From Methanopyrus kandleri AV19 (GTDB lineage Archaea > JAADCQ01 > Methanopyri > Methanopyrales > Methanopyraceae): a stretch of DNA of 32,000 nt. Where the stretch lies: assembly GCF_000007185.1 (NCBI RefSeq), contig NC_003551.1, positions 810,001 through 842,000 of the forward strand. Direction: 5' to 3'. Position numbers and translations under genes: made by a program. The notes below the pieces were generated by a model, which did not search any database, was not told the origin of the DNA, and was given only the letters and a program-made list of their open reading frames with translations. This document shows, piece by piece, positions 8,237-17,311 of the stretch; the stretch's first letter is position 1; every line of letters begins with the position of its first letter.

Positions 8237-9400
8237 TTGCGGGCACCTGAAGGCTTCCTTCTAGGTGGCATCAAACGCGAAGGTATAGGAGTCGGGTTGA
8301 TCTTCTCGGAGCGTCGATGTGCCGTGGCGGGCACTTTCACCGAGAACACCCTCCGCGCCGCTCCGGTGGAGCACTCCGAGGAAGTGTGCGATCGAGGTGT
8401 CGCCCGCGGAGTGATAGTGAACAGTGGTCACGCCAACGCGATGACGGGTGAGGAGGGGTATCAGGACGTACTGCGCACGGCGGAAGCGATCGCTGAGCTA
8501 ATGGGGGCTCCGGAGGACGAGATAGTGGTGTGTTCTACGGGCGTGATCGGTGAGCGTCCTCCTGTCGACAAGATCGTGAGGTACGCGCGCGAAGTTTGGG
8601 AGGATATAGGACCCACCGAACGGCACGTTCGGGAGTTTAGTCGGGCTATCATGACCACCGATACCGAGGAGAAAATAGCTTTGTACGAAGGCGATGGCTG
8701 GTCACTTCTCGGAATCGCGAAGGGTGCGGGTATGATACATCCGAACATGTCCACTATGCTCGCGTTCTTGCTCACCGATGTAGGAGCGAAACCGAAAGAG
8801 CTTCAGATGTGGCTACGCGATGTCGTGAACGACACGTTCAACATGATAACGGTAGATGGGGATGAAAGCACTAACGATTCCGTGGTGCTGCTGGCGAACG
8901 GCAGCTCGAACCTCAAAGTCGGCAGCGATGTTACCATCACGGAGTTCCAGCGCGCCCTGGAAGAGGTCTGTACGGAGCTCGCTGAGAAGATCGTACGAGA
9001 CGGTGAAGGAGCGACGAAGCTCATGATAGTGTGTGTACACGGTGCGAGTAATGAAGTAGAAGCTCGGCGTGCGGCCCGTGCGATAGCGTCCTCAAACCTG
9101 GTGAAGGCGGCGCTGTTCGGCGAGAATCCGAACTGGGGCCGGATCGGAGCCGCTGTCGGGGCCGCACGCGTCGATGTTGATCCGGACGAGTTACGGATAG
9201 CTTTCCGCAGCTCAGAGGGCGAGATAGTGACCTACGAAGGAGGTCCAGTGGACTTCGACGAAGAGAAGGCTAAGCGCGTTCTCTCCGCGAGTGAAGTCGA
9301 GATTGTGGTGGACTTAGGCGTAGGTGACGCGTCCGCCCGCGCGTGGGGGTGCGACTTAACGTACGAGTACGTACGGATCAACGCGGAGTACAGGACTTGA
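8237..9400 (+). CDS. argJ: Glutamate N-acetyltransferase / ornithine acetyltransferase
   Basis: 'GVIVNSGHANAMTG', 'GIAKGAGMIHPNMSTMLAFLLTD' and 'GENPNWGRI' are ArgJ signatures, including the autocatalytic-cleavage Thr motif. Confidence 0.96.
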   Translation: MRAPEGFLLGGIKREGIGVGLIFSERRCAVAGTFTENTLRAAPVEHSEEVCDRGVARGVIVNSGHANAMTGEEGYQDVLRTAEAIAELMGAPEDEIVVCSTGVIGERPPVDKIVRYAREVWEDIGPTERHVREFSRAIMTTDTEEKIALYEGDGWSLLGIAKGAGMIHPNMSTMLAFLLTDVGAKPKELQMWLRDVVNDTFNMITVDGDESTNDSVVLLANGSSNLKVGSDVTITEFQRALEEVCTELAEKIVRDGEGATKLMIVCVHGASNEVEARRAARAIASSNLVKAALFGENPNWGRIGAAVGAARVDVDPDELRIAFRSSEGEIVTYEGGPVDFDEEKAKRVLSASEVEIVVDLGVGDASARAWGCDLTYEYVRINAEYRT

Positions 9401-9557
9401 CCCTCCCCGCCTTAAAGGATGATTCGGGGCGTCGGCCCTCTGTTCAGTCACATCTTTCACTGGGCGGGCAGTCGAGCCGTTCAGAATGCATTTCGGGAGC
9501 AAATAGCGGGTGGGTTCGGGGCGATTTCTACGGATCGCCGATCGCCCGTGGTAACCC

Positions 9558-9572
9558 AAGAATAAAAACTCT
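9558..9572 (+). promoter_or_regulatory. Candidate TATA element upstream of the ornithine cyclodeaminase-like gene
   Basis: 'AAGAATAAAAACTC', A/T tract in GC-rich intergenic DNA. Confidence 0.35.
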
Positions 9573-9623
9573 CCCATCCTTTCAACCTTGGAGGATGAGG
9601 CTAGCAGCGTGAGGGGGCCTCAC

Positions 9624-10862
9624 TTGACCGACAGGGAGGAAGTGGTAGAACTCCGCGGTCATATTATCGACTCACTCATTTTCTCCCGGGTACTGGACAC
9701 TATCATGGAGATGGGCGGAGATTTTGAAATATTGGAATTCAAGGTAGGGAAGCGTAAAACGGACCCTAGTTTCGCGAAGATCCTCGTCAAGGGGAAGGAT
9801 CCTGAGCATCTTAGAGAGATAGTCTCCGAACTACGCAAGTACGGGGCGGTCCCCGTTCACACGCAGGAAGTCCGACTGGAGCCGGCTCCGGCGGACGGCG
9901 TCTGTCCCCGGGGCTTCTACACAACTACGAACCACCGAACGTTCGTACTTTTCGACGGCGAGTGGATCGAGGTCGAGGACATAGAGATGGACTGCGCGAT
10001 CGTGGTTTACCCGGAGGAACGCAGGGCAGTGGCTAAACCCATCCGAGAGGTTCGTGAGGGAGAGTTGGTGGTAGTGGGAGACAGAGGAGTGCGCGTGAAG
10101 CCCCCCGAGAGACCCCGCGGTAGGACTGGAATCTTCGGCTTCATGGAGAGCGAAGTCTCACCTGAAAAGCCCACACCAACGCTGATCCGAAGAATAGCTG
10201 AAGAACTAGAGTGGCACCGAAAGAACGGTAAAATCGTGGTAGTCGTTGGCCCTGCCGTGATTCACGCTGGAGCCCGTGATGATCTGGCATGGATGATCAG
10301 AGAGGGGTACGTAGACGTACTCTTCGCGGGTAATGCCGTGGCTACGCACGACGTTGAAGCTAGTTTATTCGGGACGTCACTCGGTGTGGATTTGGAGACG
10401 GGTGAGCCAGTAAAAGGAGGACACAGCCACCACCTTTACGCCATCAACGAGATCCGGCGAGTGGGCGGGTTACGCGAAGCCGTCGAGAAAGGAATCCTGA
10501 AAGATGGGATAATGTACGAGTGCATCGTCAACGATGTTCCGTACGTGTTGGCAGGCTCGATACGTGATGATGGTCCTATCCCGGACGTAATCACCGACGT
10601 CATGGAAGCCCAAGCGGAGATGCGACGTCATCTCAAGGGGGCCACCCTAGTGCTGATGATGGCGACGATGCTTCACTCGATCGCCACCGGCAACCTCTTG
10701 CCTTCCTGGGTCAAGACTATCTGCGTAGATATCAACCCGGCGGTAGTTACGAAGTTGATGGATCGAGGGACCGCCCAGGCTCTGGGAATAGTGTCCGACG
10801 TCGGTGTATTCCTACCGGAACTCGTGAAGGAGCTCAAGAGGGTCCGCGACGACGAGGCTTAG
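9624..10862 (+). CDS. Archaeal ornithine cyclodeaminase / LOR-SDH domain family (TIGR00300-type)
   Basis: 'GHIIDSLIFSRVLDTIMEMGGDFEILEF', 'GHSHHLYAINEIRRVGG', 'LLPSWVKTICVDINP..VTKLMDRGTAQALGIVSDVG'. TTG start at 9624 preferred over the open ORF start at 9588. Confidence 0.75.
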   Translation: MTDREEVVELRGHIIDSLIFSRVLDTIMEMGGDFEILEFKVGKRKTDPSFAKILVKGKDPEHLREIVSELRKYGAVPVHTQEVRLEPAPADGVCPRGFYTTTNHRTFVLFDGEWIEVEDIEMDCAIVVYPEERRAVAKPIREVREGELVVVGDRGVRVKPPERPRGRTGIFGFMESEVSPEKPTPTLIRRIAEELEWHRKNGKIVVVVGPAVIHAGARDDLAWMIREGYVDVLFAGNAVATHDVEASLFGTSLGVDLETGEPVKGGHSHHLYAINEIRRVGGLREAVEKGILKDGIMYECIVNDVPYVLAGSIRDDGPIPDVITDVMEAQAEMRRHLKGATLVLMMATMLHSIATGNLLPSWVKTICVDINPAVVTKLMDRGTAQALGIVSDVGVFLPELVKELKRVRDDEA

Positions 10863-11097
10863 TCCACTCTTCCACCCTGCGCTCGATGAGTTCTTCCATC
10901 ACCTTTTTAGCCTCTTCCAGCGCATCCTTCGTCCCCCTGAAGGCTAGGACCGTTGTCTTCGTCCCGCCCCGTTCAATCTCCCGTTGCACGACTTTTACGT
11001 CGCACCTTCGTTCCACCTCGGCGATCACGTCCGCGGGGACGCCCAGTGGTATTATCATATCATACTTCTTGGTATCTCGTTCGGACACCTTCGACAC
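10834..11097 (-). CDS. Small KH-like hypothetical protein
   Basis: 'YDMIIPLGVPADVIAEVERRCDVKVVQREIERGGTKTTVLAFRGTKDALEEAKKVMEELI' resembles a KH-type fold. GTG start near 11097 or 11088. Confidence 0.5.
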   Translation of the reverse strand: MSKVSERDTKKYDMIIPLGVPADVIAEVERRCDVKVVQREIERGGTKTTVLAFRGTKDALEEAKKVMEELIERRVEEWTKPRRRGPS

Positions 11098-11116
11098 CCC
11101 CAGAGGGGGATGACCG

Positions 11117-12100
11117 TTGTCGGAAAAAAGTAGCCGGAAGGAGCGAGATGAGAAGACGGAGAAAGAGACCGCCAGACAGGGAAAGCACCGCCGCATCAGG
11201 GTCAAGTCTAGGCACTACGAAATGCCGTTTTCCCGAGGCGTTCTCGCCAGATCCCTCACAGCGATCGGCGTCGAGCCTCACAAAGCGTACGAGATTGCAC
11301 TCAAGATCAAAGAAGAGCTGCAAGATGAAGGTATAGAGGAAATTAGCACTGATGAATTGGCGGATATAATCCGGACTAAACTTGAGGAAATCGATGAGAC
11401 ACTAGCGGAACGATATGAGCTATGGAGGAGGATTAAGAAGCGCGAGGAGCCGATAATAGTCTTAATTGGAGGAGCTTCTGGTGTCGGTACATCTACGATA
11501 GCCTCTGAGGTAGGACACAGGCTCGGTATTACGAACGTCATCGGTACCGACGCTATTAGAGAAGTAATGCGCAGAGTTTTAGCCGAGGAGTTGTATCCGA
11601 CTCTCTATGAGTCTTCGTACACAGCTTGGAAGCGATTGCGCTATGAACCCGCCGAAGACCCTGTGATTACTGGGTTTCTTGACCACTCTGAACCAGTGGT
11701 GGTCGGTATTGAGGGAGTTGTGAATCGATCGATCAATGAAGGTATCCACGTGATCGTAGAGGGCGTTCATATCGTTCCACGATTGATTAAGAAGGAGATT
11801 CTCAACTACCCAAACGTGTTCGTGTTCATGCTCGCTGTAGAGGACGAAGAGGCGCATAAGTGGCGCTTCTACGCCAGGTCCAGGGATACCAAACTCTCAC
11901 GACCCGCCGAGCGGTACTTGAAGTACTTCGAGGAGATCCGTAGAATCCACGACTTCCTCGTGGAGGACGCCGAAGAACACGATATCCCGGTGATCAACAA
12001 CGAACATATCGATGAAACGGTGGACCAGATCGTGAGCTACATATCCTCTAAACTCCTGAAGGGTGAGAGAGAGCTATCCAAGAGCGTCTCCTGGTGGTGA
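11117..12100 (+). CDS. pgk2: 2-phosphoglycerate kinase (cyclic 2,3-diphosphoglycerate pathway)
   Basis: ATP-cone-like N-terminus, P-loop 'IVLIGGASGVGTSTIASEVGHRLGI', then 'GTDAIREVMRR'. Family pattern typical of methanogen 2PGK. Confidence 0.85.
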   Translation: MSEKSSRKERDEKTEKETARQGKHRRIRVKSRHYEMPFSRGVLARSLTAIGVEPHKAYEIALKIKEELQDEGIEEISTDELADIIRTKLEEIDETLAERYELWRRIKKREEPIIVLIGGASGVGTSTIASEVGHRLGITNVIGTDAIREVMRRVLAEELYPTLYESSYTAWKRLRYEPAEDPVITGFLDHSEPVVVGIEGVVNRSINEGIHVIVEGVHIVPRLIKKEILNYPNVFVFMLAVEDEEAHKWRFYARSRDTKLSRPAERYLKYFEEIRRIHDFLVEDAEEHDIPVINNEHIDETVDQIVSYISSKLLKGERELSKSVSWW

Positions 12101-12106
12101 TGTATC

Positions 12107-12523
12107 TTGACGTTCCGCGAGAAGTTACGCGGTTGTAAGGTCGAGGAACTGATGACCAAAGACCCTATCACCGCGTCTCCTCAAGTTGGAGTGATAGAAG
12201 CGTTCGAGATCATGCTCAAGCATGATGTTGGAGCACTGCCGGTAGTGGACGATGAGGGGAGACTTATAGGGCTCGTAACCCGAACCGACCTCGGGCGCGC
12301 ACTACTCGAAGACGAGTACGAGCCCGGAACCACCGTCGAAGAGGTGATGGAAAGGGACGTGGTAGTAGTTCACCCGGATGACACCTTACTCGAGGCCTTG
12401 AAACGCATGACCTCCGCCCCTGAGGGTATCTATAACCAGCTTCCCGTAGTCGACGATGAAGAGAAGCTGGTGGGAATACTGACGGACGGGGACATCCTTC
12501 GGTGGATAGCGAAGAAACTGTGA
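12107..12523 (+). CDS. CBS-domain pair protein
   Basis: Two CBS repeats: 'VEELMTKDPITASPQVGVIEAFEIMLKHDVGALPVVDDEGRLIGLVTRTDL' and 'VEEVMERDVVVVHPDDTLLEALKRM...LPVVDDEEKLVGILTDGDILRWI'. Confidence 0.95.
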   Translation: MTFREKLRGCKVEELMTKDPITASPQVGVIEAFEIMLKHDVGALPVVDDEGRLIGLVTRTDLGRALLEDEYEPGTTVEEVMERDVVVVHPDDTLLEALKRMTSAPEGIYNQLPVVDDEEKLVGILTDGDILRWIAKKL

Positions 12524-12750
12524 GGGTCAGAGCGCGGGAAGCGCCGGAGGAATTACTTTCGCTGTTACGTAAGCTCGGGCTCTCAATCGCCCGGACCAAG
12601 AGCGGCTACGAGGTTAGGGGCCCCAAATCTCGGTTTCTGAGGGCCCTTCAACATATACCGCCCAAGATGGCTATTCTGGCCCGCGAGACCGTCGAAGAAT
12701 TAAGACGGGCAGTCGGGGTGGAAAGGCCCAGGTTATCCTATCGCCGTTAG
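12520..12750 (+). CDS. Hypothetical protein, 76 aa
   Basis: GTG start overlapping the CBS stop (GTGA). Confidence 0.55.
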   Translation: MRVRAREAPEELLSLLRKLGLSIARTKSGYEVRGPKSRFLRALQHIPPKMAILARETVEELRRAVGVERPRLSYRR

Positions 12751-13631
12751 AACACTATGTACTTGCCACGCAGTATATCTCGGTCTACCACGTATATGCG
12801 CTGCTTACCGCCTGAGTTTGATATCCATAGTGCCAAGGTTAAATGTTTAGATTTTGCATGTTCTGGTAATACCAGCACCATGGCCATTCTATCTCCGAAG
12901 TTTACGGTTCGATCGCCAACTTTCTCCTTCCCGGGTCCTAGAAGGGTTAGCTTTGCGGTTCCTAGTCGGGCAATCAACTGCTCGATTACGAGGCAACCTC
13001 TGGCACCCGTGGAGTGTAAGGCGCGCTCGATGCGTTCTTCTATGAGCGTATGTTTGCCATCACTTACGTTGCACAGTACCTCTCCGACAACTGCGTTGTA
13101 ACGCACTTTCAGCTTCGGTCCATCCATCAACCGATTACCAAGCTCACGGCGTATCGCCCGCTTGATGGCGTTAACGTCGGGCTTTCCGTCGTACGATGCT
13201 TGGAACACGAACTTGGACCCTTTAATCACGGTACCCCTGGCGTCCAGTACCTTATCCTTCAACCGCTCCTCGATTCGTTTTTTCACGTCTTCCGGGTCCG
13301 CAGTCAACGGGACTAGAGCGTCCACGACGAAGACCGTGTATCCCTTGATCTTGACTTTCCTGACGTCTACGTTCTCCACACCACCCGCACTGCTTACGGC
13401 ACTCTTCACGTCGGATGTCTTAACACCGGGCTTGGGCACGGCTAGGTATCGGACGACCGACACCTGGTAATCCTTCACTATGCTCGCATCGACCGTCCCT
13501 TCGGCCGCCGCTACGGCACTCTGTCCCCCCATCATGAAGGAGGGAATCGCGGATAGCACCATCATGGCTGCGAGAAAGATTATTCCGGCGGTGACGATGG
13601 ATTTTCGGTGTCTTCGAATCCAGCCGAACAA
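12747..13631 (-). CDS. Membrane-anchored/exported hypothetical protein, 294 aa
   Basis: N-terminal 'RRHRKSIVTAGIIFLAAMMVLSAIPSFMM' anchor followed by a soluble domain with repeated ~60-aa alpha/beta units. Confidence 0.75.
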   Translation of the reverse strand: MFGWIRRHRKSIVTAGIIFLAAMMVLSAIPSFMMGGQSAVAAAEGTVDASIVKDYQVSVVRYLAVPKPGVKTSDVKSAVSSAGGVENVDVRKVKIKGYTVFVVDALVPLTADPEDVKKRIEERLKDKVLDARGTVIKGSKFVFQASYDGKPDVNAIKRAIRRELGNRLMDGPKLKVRYNAVVGEVLCNVSDGKHTLIEERIERALHSTGARGCLVIEQLIARLGTAKLTLLGPGKEKVGDRTVNFGDRMAMVLVLPEHAKSKHLTLALWISNSGGKQRIYVVDRDILRGKYIVF

Positions 13632-13634
13632 CGA

Positions 13635-14180
13635 TCACTCCCCCTGGTCGAGCAGCATCTCCAAGTACGAGTGACGTACTCGCTTACCCTCGACTCTCAG
13701 CTCCTCCAAGATACTTACCAGCAGCTTCTCTTTCTCATCGACCTCCGACTCATCGTCCGCCTTACACTCCAGCTCGAGAAACGTGCCGAGACCCTCCACC
13801 TCATCCAGCGCCGCTACAACTTTTTCTCCGTTCACTTCGAGCGTGTAGACCGTCCTAAGCTTCTTTACTTCCGCGTGCTCTAGCGGCTCGAACCCTAGGT
13901 GGCGCAGGATGGCGTCGGTTGTCTCGAAATCGTCGACTACCACTTCTAACTCCACCCGTGACTTCTCGCGCCCTACCTTCGGTCCCTTGTAAGTTAGTGC
14001 GACTTTATCGTCGGAGCAGCGCAGTCGAAGTGCTTCGTCCGTCTCCGCGAAGTCACGGCAAGGATGCTGGTAATACAGGTCCCGCTGTCGGACGGTCCTT
14101 ACCTTCTCTCCGAGCTCCTCCAAGCGCTTCCGCACGTCTTCGGGGTTCTTCAGCTTGACCTTAACCTCTACCTCGTACAC
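13635..14180 (-). CDS. CYTH-domain protein (class IV adenylate cyclase / thiamine triphosphatase-like)
   Basis: 'YEVEVKVKLKNPEDVRKRLEELG', 'ETDEALRLR', 'ALTYKGPK', 'VELEVVVDDFE', 'GLGTFLELE'. Confidence 0.9.
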   Translation of the reverse strand: MYEVEVKVKLKNPEDVRKRLEELGEKVRTVRQRDLYYQHPCRDFAETDEALRLRCSDDKVALTYKGPKVGREKSRVELEVVVDDFETTDAILRHLGFEPLEHAEVKKLRTVYTLEVNGEKVVAALDEVEGLGTFLELECKADDESEVDEKEKLLVSILEELRVEGKRVRHSYLEMLLDQGE

Positions 14181-14186
14181 ACCGGA

Positions 14187-15346
14187 TCACCTCCTCTTCA
14201 GTTCGATGACTACCTCGGGTTTCAAGAGCTGATACCCCAGGATCGCTCCCAAAGCGGCCGGGACGGCGCAGTCGATGCCGAACAGCTCGATGACCAGCAC
14301 AGCGGACGAGATCGGAGCGTTGAACGTCGCAGCCAAGAACGCAGCGATAGCCGTCGCGGTTCCGGCCGGAGCGGACGGGCCCAACGTTTGACCCAGAAAA
14401 GACCCAAAAACGCGCCCACGCACACTGTCGGTGAAACCAAGCCCGCGGGTGTTTCACTACCGACTGTTAGCGCGGTGGCTACCATTTTGCCCAGGAACGA
14501 TAGTAGCGCTTCTTCGGCTCCGATGCGGCCTAAGGCGGCCTTCGAGGCGTAGTCCAACCCCAATCCTACGGCTGTCGGAATAGCGATGCCTACCGACGCT
14601 ACCCCGAGTCCTGCTAGGAGAGAACGTACGGGTTGACTAGGTACGGATTCGACGAACAGACGACGGGCTTCCTTGACGCACCGGCTGTACACGTATGCGA
14701 GTAACGTCGCCACTACGGCGATCACCAGGAGTTCCGGCAGGTGCTGTGGGCTGTAGTGATAAGGGGCGTTCCTCACGAGCAAGTAGCGCTTTCCTAAGGT
14801 CGAAACGTACACGGAGTATCCGGCAAGACTGGCTATCGTGCTGGGAAAAAGTACGACGTAGCGGGACCTCACGCGAAGGACCTCGATGGCGAACAGGGCC
14901 GCCGCCAGCGGTGCGCACAGAACCCCGGCCACGCCTCCCGAAATTACCCCCAGCACGGCCCATTTTCTTTCCATCTCCGACATTCCCAGCTTCGAAGCTA
15001 CGTAGCCCCCTACGGACGCGCACGCCTGGGCACAAGGTCCTACTTGACCGCCACTACCTCCCCCGCCGATGACGAGACCCGCGAGTACCAACTTCGCCAT
15101 CCCTCTGATGGGATTCGCGGGCTCGTTTGGGAACCCCCGGACGATGATCTCCATCCCGGTCCCTCGGAGCTCGGGATGTAGTGCCGCTAGGCTGCCGGCC
15201 AGCAGCATGAACGCCGGGATAACTAACGGCTCGTTCCCGACGGCCTTCTCCACCGTGCTTATAATTGAGGAGATGGCGACAGCACACGCTCCGCCGACAA
15301 CGCCCAACGCCGCGGCCAAAACCGTCCACCGGGCGACGTGAATCAA
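14187..15346 (-). pseudogene. CLC-type voltage-gated chloride channel, frame-disrupted near 14397-14410
   Basis: The N-terminal part (in ORF 14222..15631) ends its conserved sequence at 'PAGLVSPTVCVGAFLG'. The C-terminal part (14187..14423) continues 'FLGQTLGPSAPAGTATAIAAFLAATFNAPISSAVLVIELFG' in the -1 frame. Start approximate. Confidence 0.75.
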
Positions 15347-15441
15347 CGCCCCCGTCGACGGCAACTCTCCACCTCCGGGGGTTCTCGGCGGTGTGGACCC
15401 TGACGGTAAGTGCTGAGGGGGAACGCGGACCGTGCGGACGC

Positions 15442-15711
15442 GTGCGAGAGTTGTACTCAAATGACAAGGTCTCCGTGGCAGAAGTGAGTGTTCGGGGTGA
15501 AGGCGAAGAGCATTACCACCGACGCACGTTCGAGGTGTACTACGTGATCGACGGTCGTGGAAAAGTGGTGCTGAACGGTCGTCCCGTCGACGTGGGACCG
15601 GGGGACGTCGTCGCCATCGAACCGGGGACAAGGCATAAGGTGATCGGCAACCTGAGGATGCTGGTGGTGTGCATCCCCCCGTTCGACCCGGAGGATGTGT
15701 ACCGGGTATGA
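15442..15711 (+). CDS. Cupin-domain protein
   Basis: 'EEHYHRRTFEVYYVIDGRGKVVLNGRPVDVGPGDVVAIEPGTRHKVIG' is a classic cupin motif. GTG start near 15442. Confidence 0.85.
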   Translation: MRELYSNDKVSVAEVSVRGEGEEHYHRRTFEVYYVIDGRGKVVLNGRPVDVGPGDVVAIEPGTRHKVIGNLRMLVVCIPPFDPEDVYRV

Positions 15712-15769
15712 TGAGCTAAGCCTACGCCGACCTAGTGGGGAGTGAGGATACGGGTGAGCTGCCTGACCC
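15704..15769 (+). ncRNA. Candidate C/D-box sRNA (low-to-moderate confidence)
   Basis: GGG-T-ATGATGA(C)-12 nt-CCGA(D')-11 nt-GTGAGGA(C')-14 nt-CTGA(D)-CCC. Confidence 0.3.
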
Positions 15770-16055
15770 ACCCCGCGTGTTTATCGAACTGAGGTTAAGA
15801 GTTCCCGAAGAGGTACTATCGGCCCTGGATCCGGATTCCGATAAGTGTTGCGACAGAAGTGGGGACGTTGTCGAGGTATTCGTCGAAGGGTTCGGGGCGG
15901 CGAAATACGCCGTCGAGGACGTTCTGCGGTGCGTAAAAGTGGGCACCGACACGCTCGAAACCGTCAGGGGGAGCGAGAGTGCAGCCACTGACGAGGAGGA
16001 ACAAGGACGAGCATCCCGCGGTTCTCGACCCGGATCGAACGATCGTCCTAGGTGA
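15735..16055 (+). CDS. KEOPS Pcc1-like small protein
   Basis: 'VFIELRLRVPEEVLSALDPDS...GDVVEVFVEGFGAAKYAVEDVLRCVKV' fits the Pcc1 pattern. Start uncertain (15735 or GTG 15777). Confidence 0.5.
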   Translation: MGSEDTGELPDPPRVFIELRLRVPEEVLSALDPDSDKCCDRSGDVVEVFVEGFGAAKYAVEDVLRCVKVGTDTLETVRGSESAATDEEEQGRASRGSRPGSNDRPR

Positions 16056-16695
16056 CGTGACGGTGTCCCGAGACGCGGTGATAGGACCGGAGGTCAGACT
16101 GGGACCGGACGCCGTCGTACGAGGCGCTGTGATATCCGGACGTTGTGTCGTCTACAATTGTGAGCTCGGACGTTGTGCCGTAGGTCCTAAAACCACGGTC
16201 ACGGGTGATGTTGGGGACGGAGTTACCATCCACTCGGGTACGATTCTAGGGCAGCTCCGTGTGAGCGGGGAGATCGAACCACCCGAGGTAGGTGAGGGGG
16301 CCTTCTTGGGACCTGGGGTTTCCGTTCTTCCGGGGACGGTCATAGGTCCGGAGTCCGTCGTGATGCCCGATAGTGTGGTGACCGAGCGCGTACCGCGTCG
16401 CGGAGTCGTCAGCGGAAATCCGGCGATGCCCACGGGGATGGTCGTCGACGCGGAGACGTTGATCCTGGAGTTCGATGGAAAGCGGCTGTTACTCGAAGGG
16501 AAACGGGGAACCGCCTTCGACGTCAGGCTGAGCGACGGCGAACTCGAAATCACCGAAGAGAGCCCCGATAACTTCGGAGCCGTGCTTGAGAAGGACGTAG
16601 TGAAGGTGGTTCGCATGGGACACGCGATACCCTTGCCCGCTGAGCGACCTTTCTCCATCCCCCTGCACGTACTGGAGGTACGAACGAAGGGGTAA
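15979..16695 (+). CDS. Left-handed beta-helix (hexapeptide-repeat) protein
   Basis: Hexapeptide repeats 'VLGDVTVSRDAVIGPEVRLGPDAVVRGAVISG' and 'VGEGAFLGPGVSVLPGTVIGPESVVMPDSVVTERVP'. Confidence 0.8.
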   Translation: MQPLTRRNKDEHPAVLDPDRTIVLGDVTVSRDAVIGPEVRLGPDAVVRGAVISGRCVVYNCELGRCAVGPKTTVTGDVGDGVTIHSGTILGQLRVSGEIEPPEVGEGAFLGPGVSVLPGTVIGPESVVMPDSVVTERVPRRGVVSGNPAMPTGMVVDAETLILEFDGKRLLLEGKRGTAFDVRLSDGELEITEESPDNFGAVLEKDVVKVVRMGHAIPLPAERPFSIPLHVLEVRTKG

Positions 16696-16702
16696 GTGGG
16701 CG

Positions 16703-17305
16703 GTGCCGGTCCGCGAGTCACTACTGATAGACACCGATGTGCGCCGCTCGCTAGTGCTCGGGTCCGTATTGGAGATGTGCGAGGTGGAAAGAGCAGCCGT
16801 GTTGGGTACTGTTGCCCAGGGTAAGCGGTTCGAACACGGTGTTTTCGTGGCCGGGAAGCGGGTACCAGGCGAGGTAATCACGGTAGAGGTGGAAGTCTCA
16901 AGGGAAGTCGTACGCTCGGGATCGATGGAAATCGACCTCGATCCCGCGGATCCGGATCTGGTGGCGGTGGTTGCGGATGTGAGGGCTACTGGACTCATCG
17001 CGAACCTCACCGGCTTACGACCGGAGCGCCGAGGATTCCACGCCCTGTTCGCTTTCTCGGGTGAGTTACCCGCTCGAGTACGGAAGAGGGTGGTAAGCAA
17101 CCTGGACGTGTTCAGAGAATGTTGTCCGTGTGCCCTATTGGAGATCGGTGACGTGAAGCTGAGGTTTCTAGGAGGTCGACAGGTGTTCGATGAAAGGTCC
17201 AGACTGTCGTATACGGACGTCCTCGCCGTCAGGGACGGGAAGCCGATAGCATCTGCATGGAGGCCGGCGTCCAGAAGCGTCATCTCTAAGTTGGGGGCCA
17301 GGTGA
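16703..17305 (+). CDS. Hypothetical protein, 200 aa
   Basis: Coding-like ORF tightly packed between neighbours, with a CC-P-C cluster ('RECCPCALLEIG'). Confidence 0.65.
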   Translation: MPVRESLLIDTDVRRSLVLGSVLEMCEVERAAVLGTVAQGKRFEHGVFVAGKRVPGEVITVEVEVSREVVRSGSMEIDLDPADPDLVAVVADVRATGLIANLTGLRPERRGFHALFAFSGELPARVRKRVVSNLDVFRECCPCALLEIGDVKLRFLGGRQVFDERSRLSYTDVLAVRDGKPIASAWRPASRSVISKLGAR

Positions 17306-17311
17306 GGGACC

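Noticed and set aside
10525-10550. GTGATGA ... CGGA resembling box C plus a D-like box
   Set aside because: Inside the ornithine cyclodeaminase-like coding frame, with no credible C'/D pair or terminal stem.
12781-12900. Local A/T-rich patch suggestive of foreign DNA
   Set aside because: Lies inside the 3' coding end of the 12747..13631 gene, which continues smoothly; no mobile-element features.
13608-14552. Plus-strand ORFs opposite the CYTH and CLC genes
   Set aside because: Antisense shadows of clear minus-strand coding sequence.
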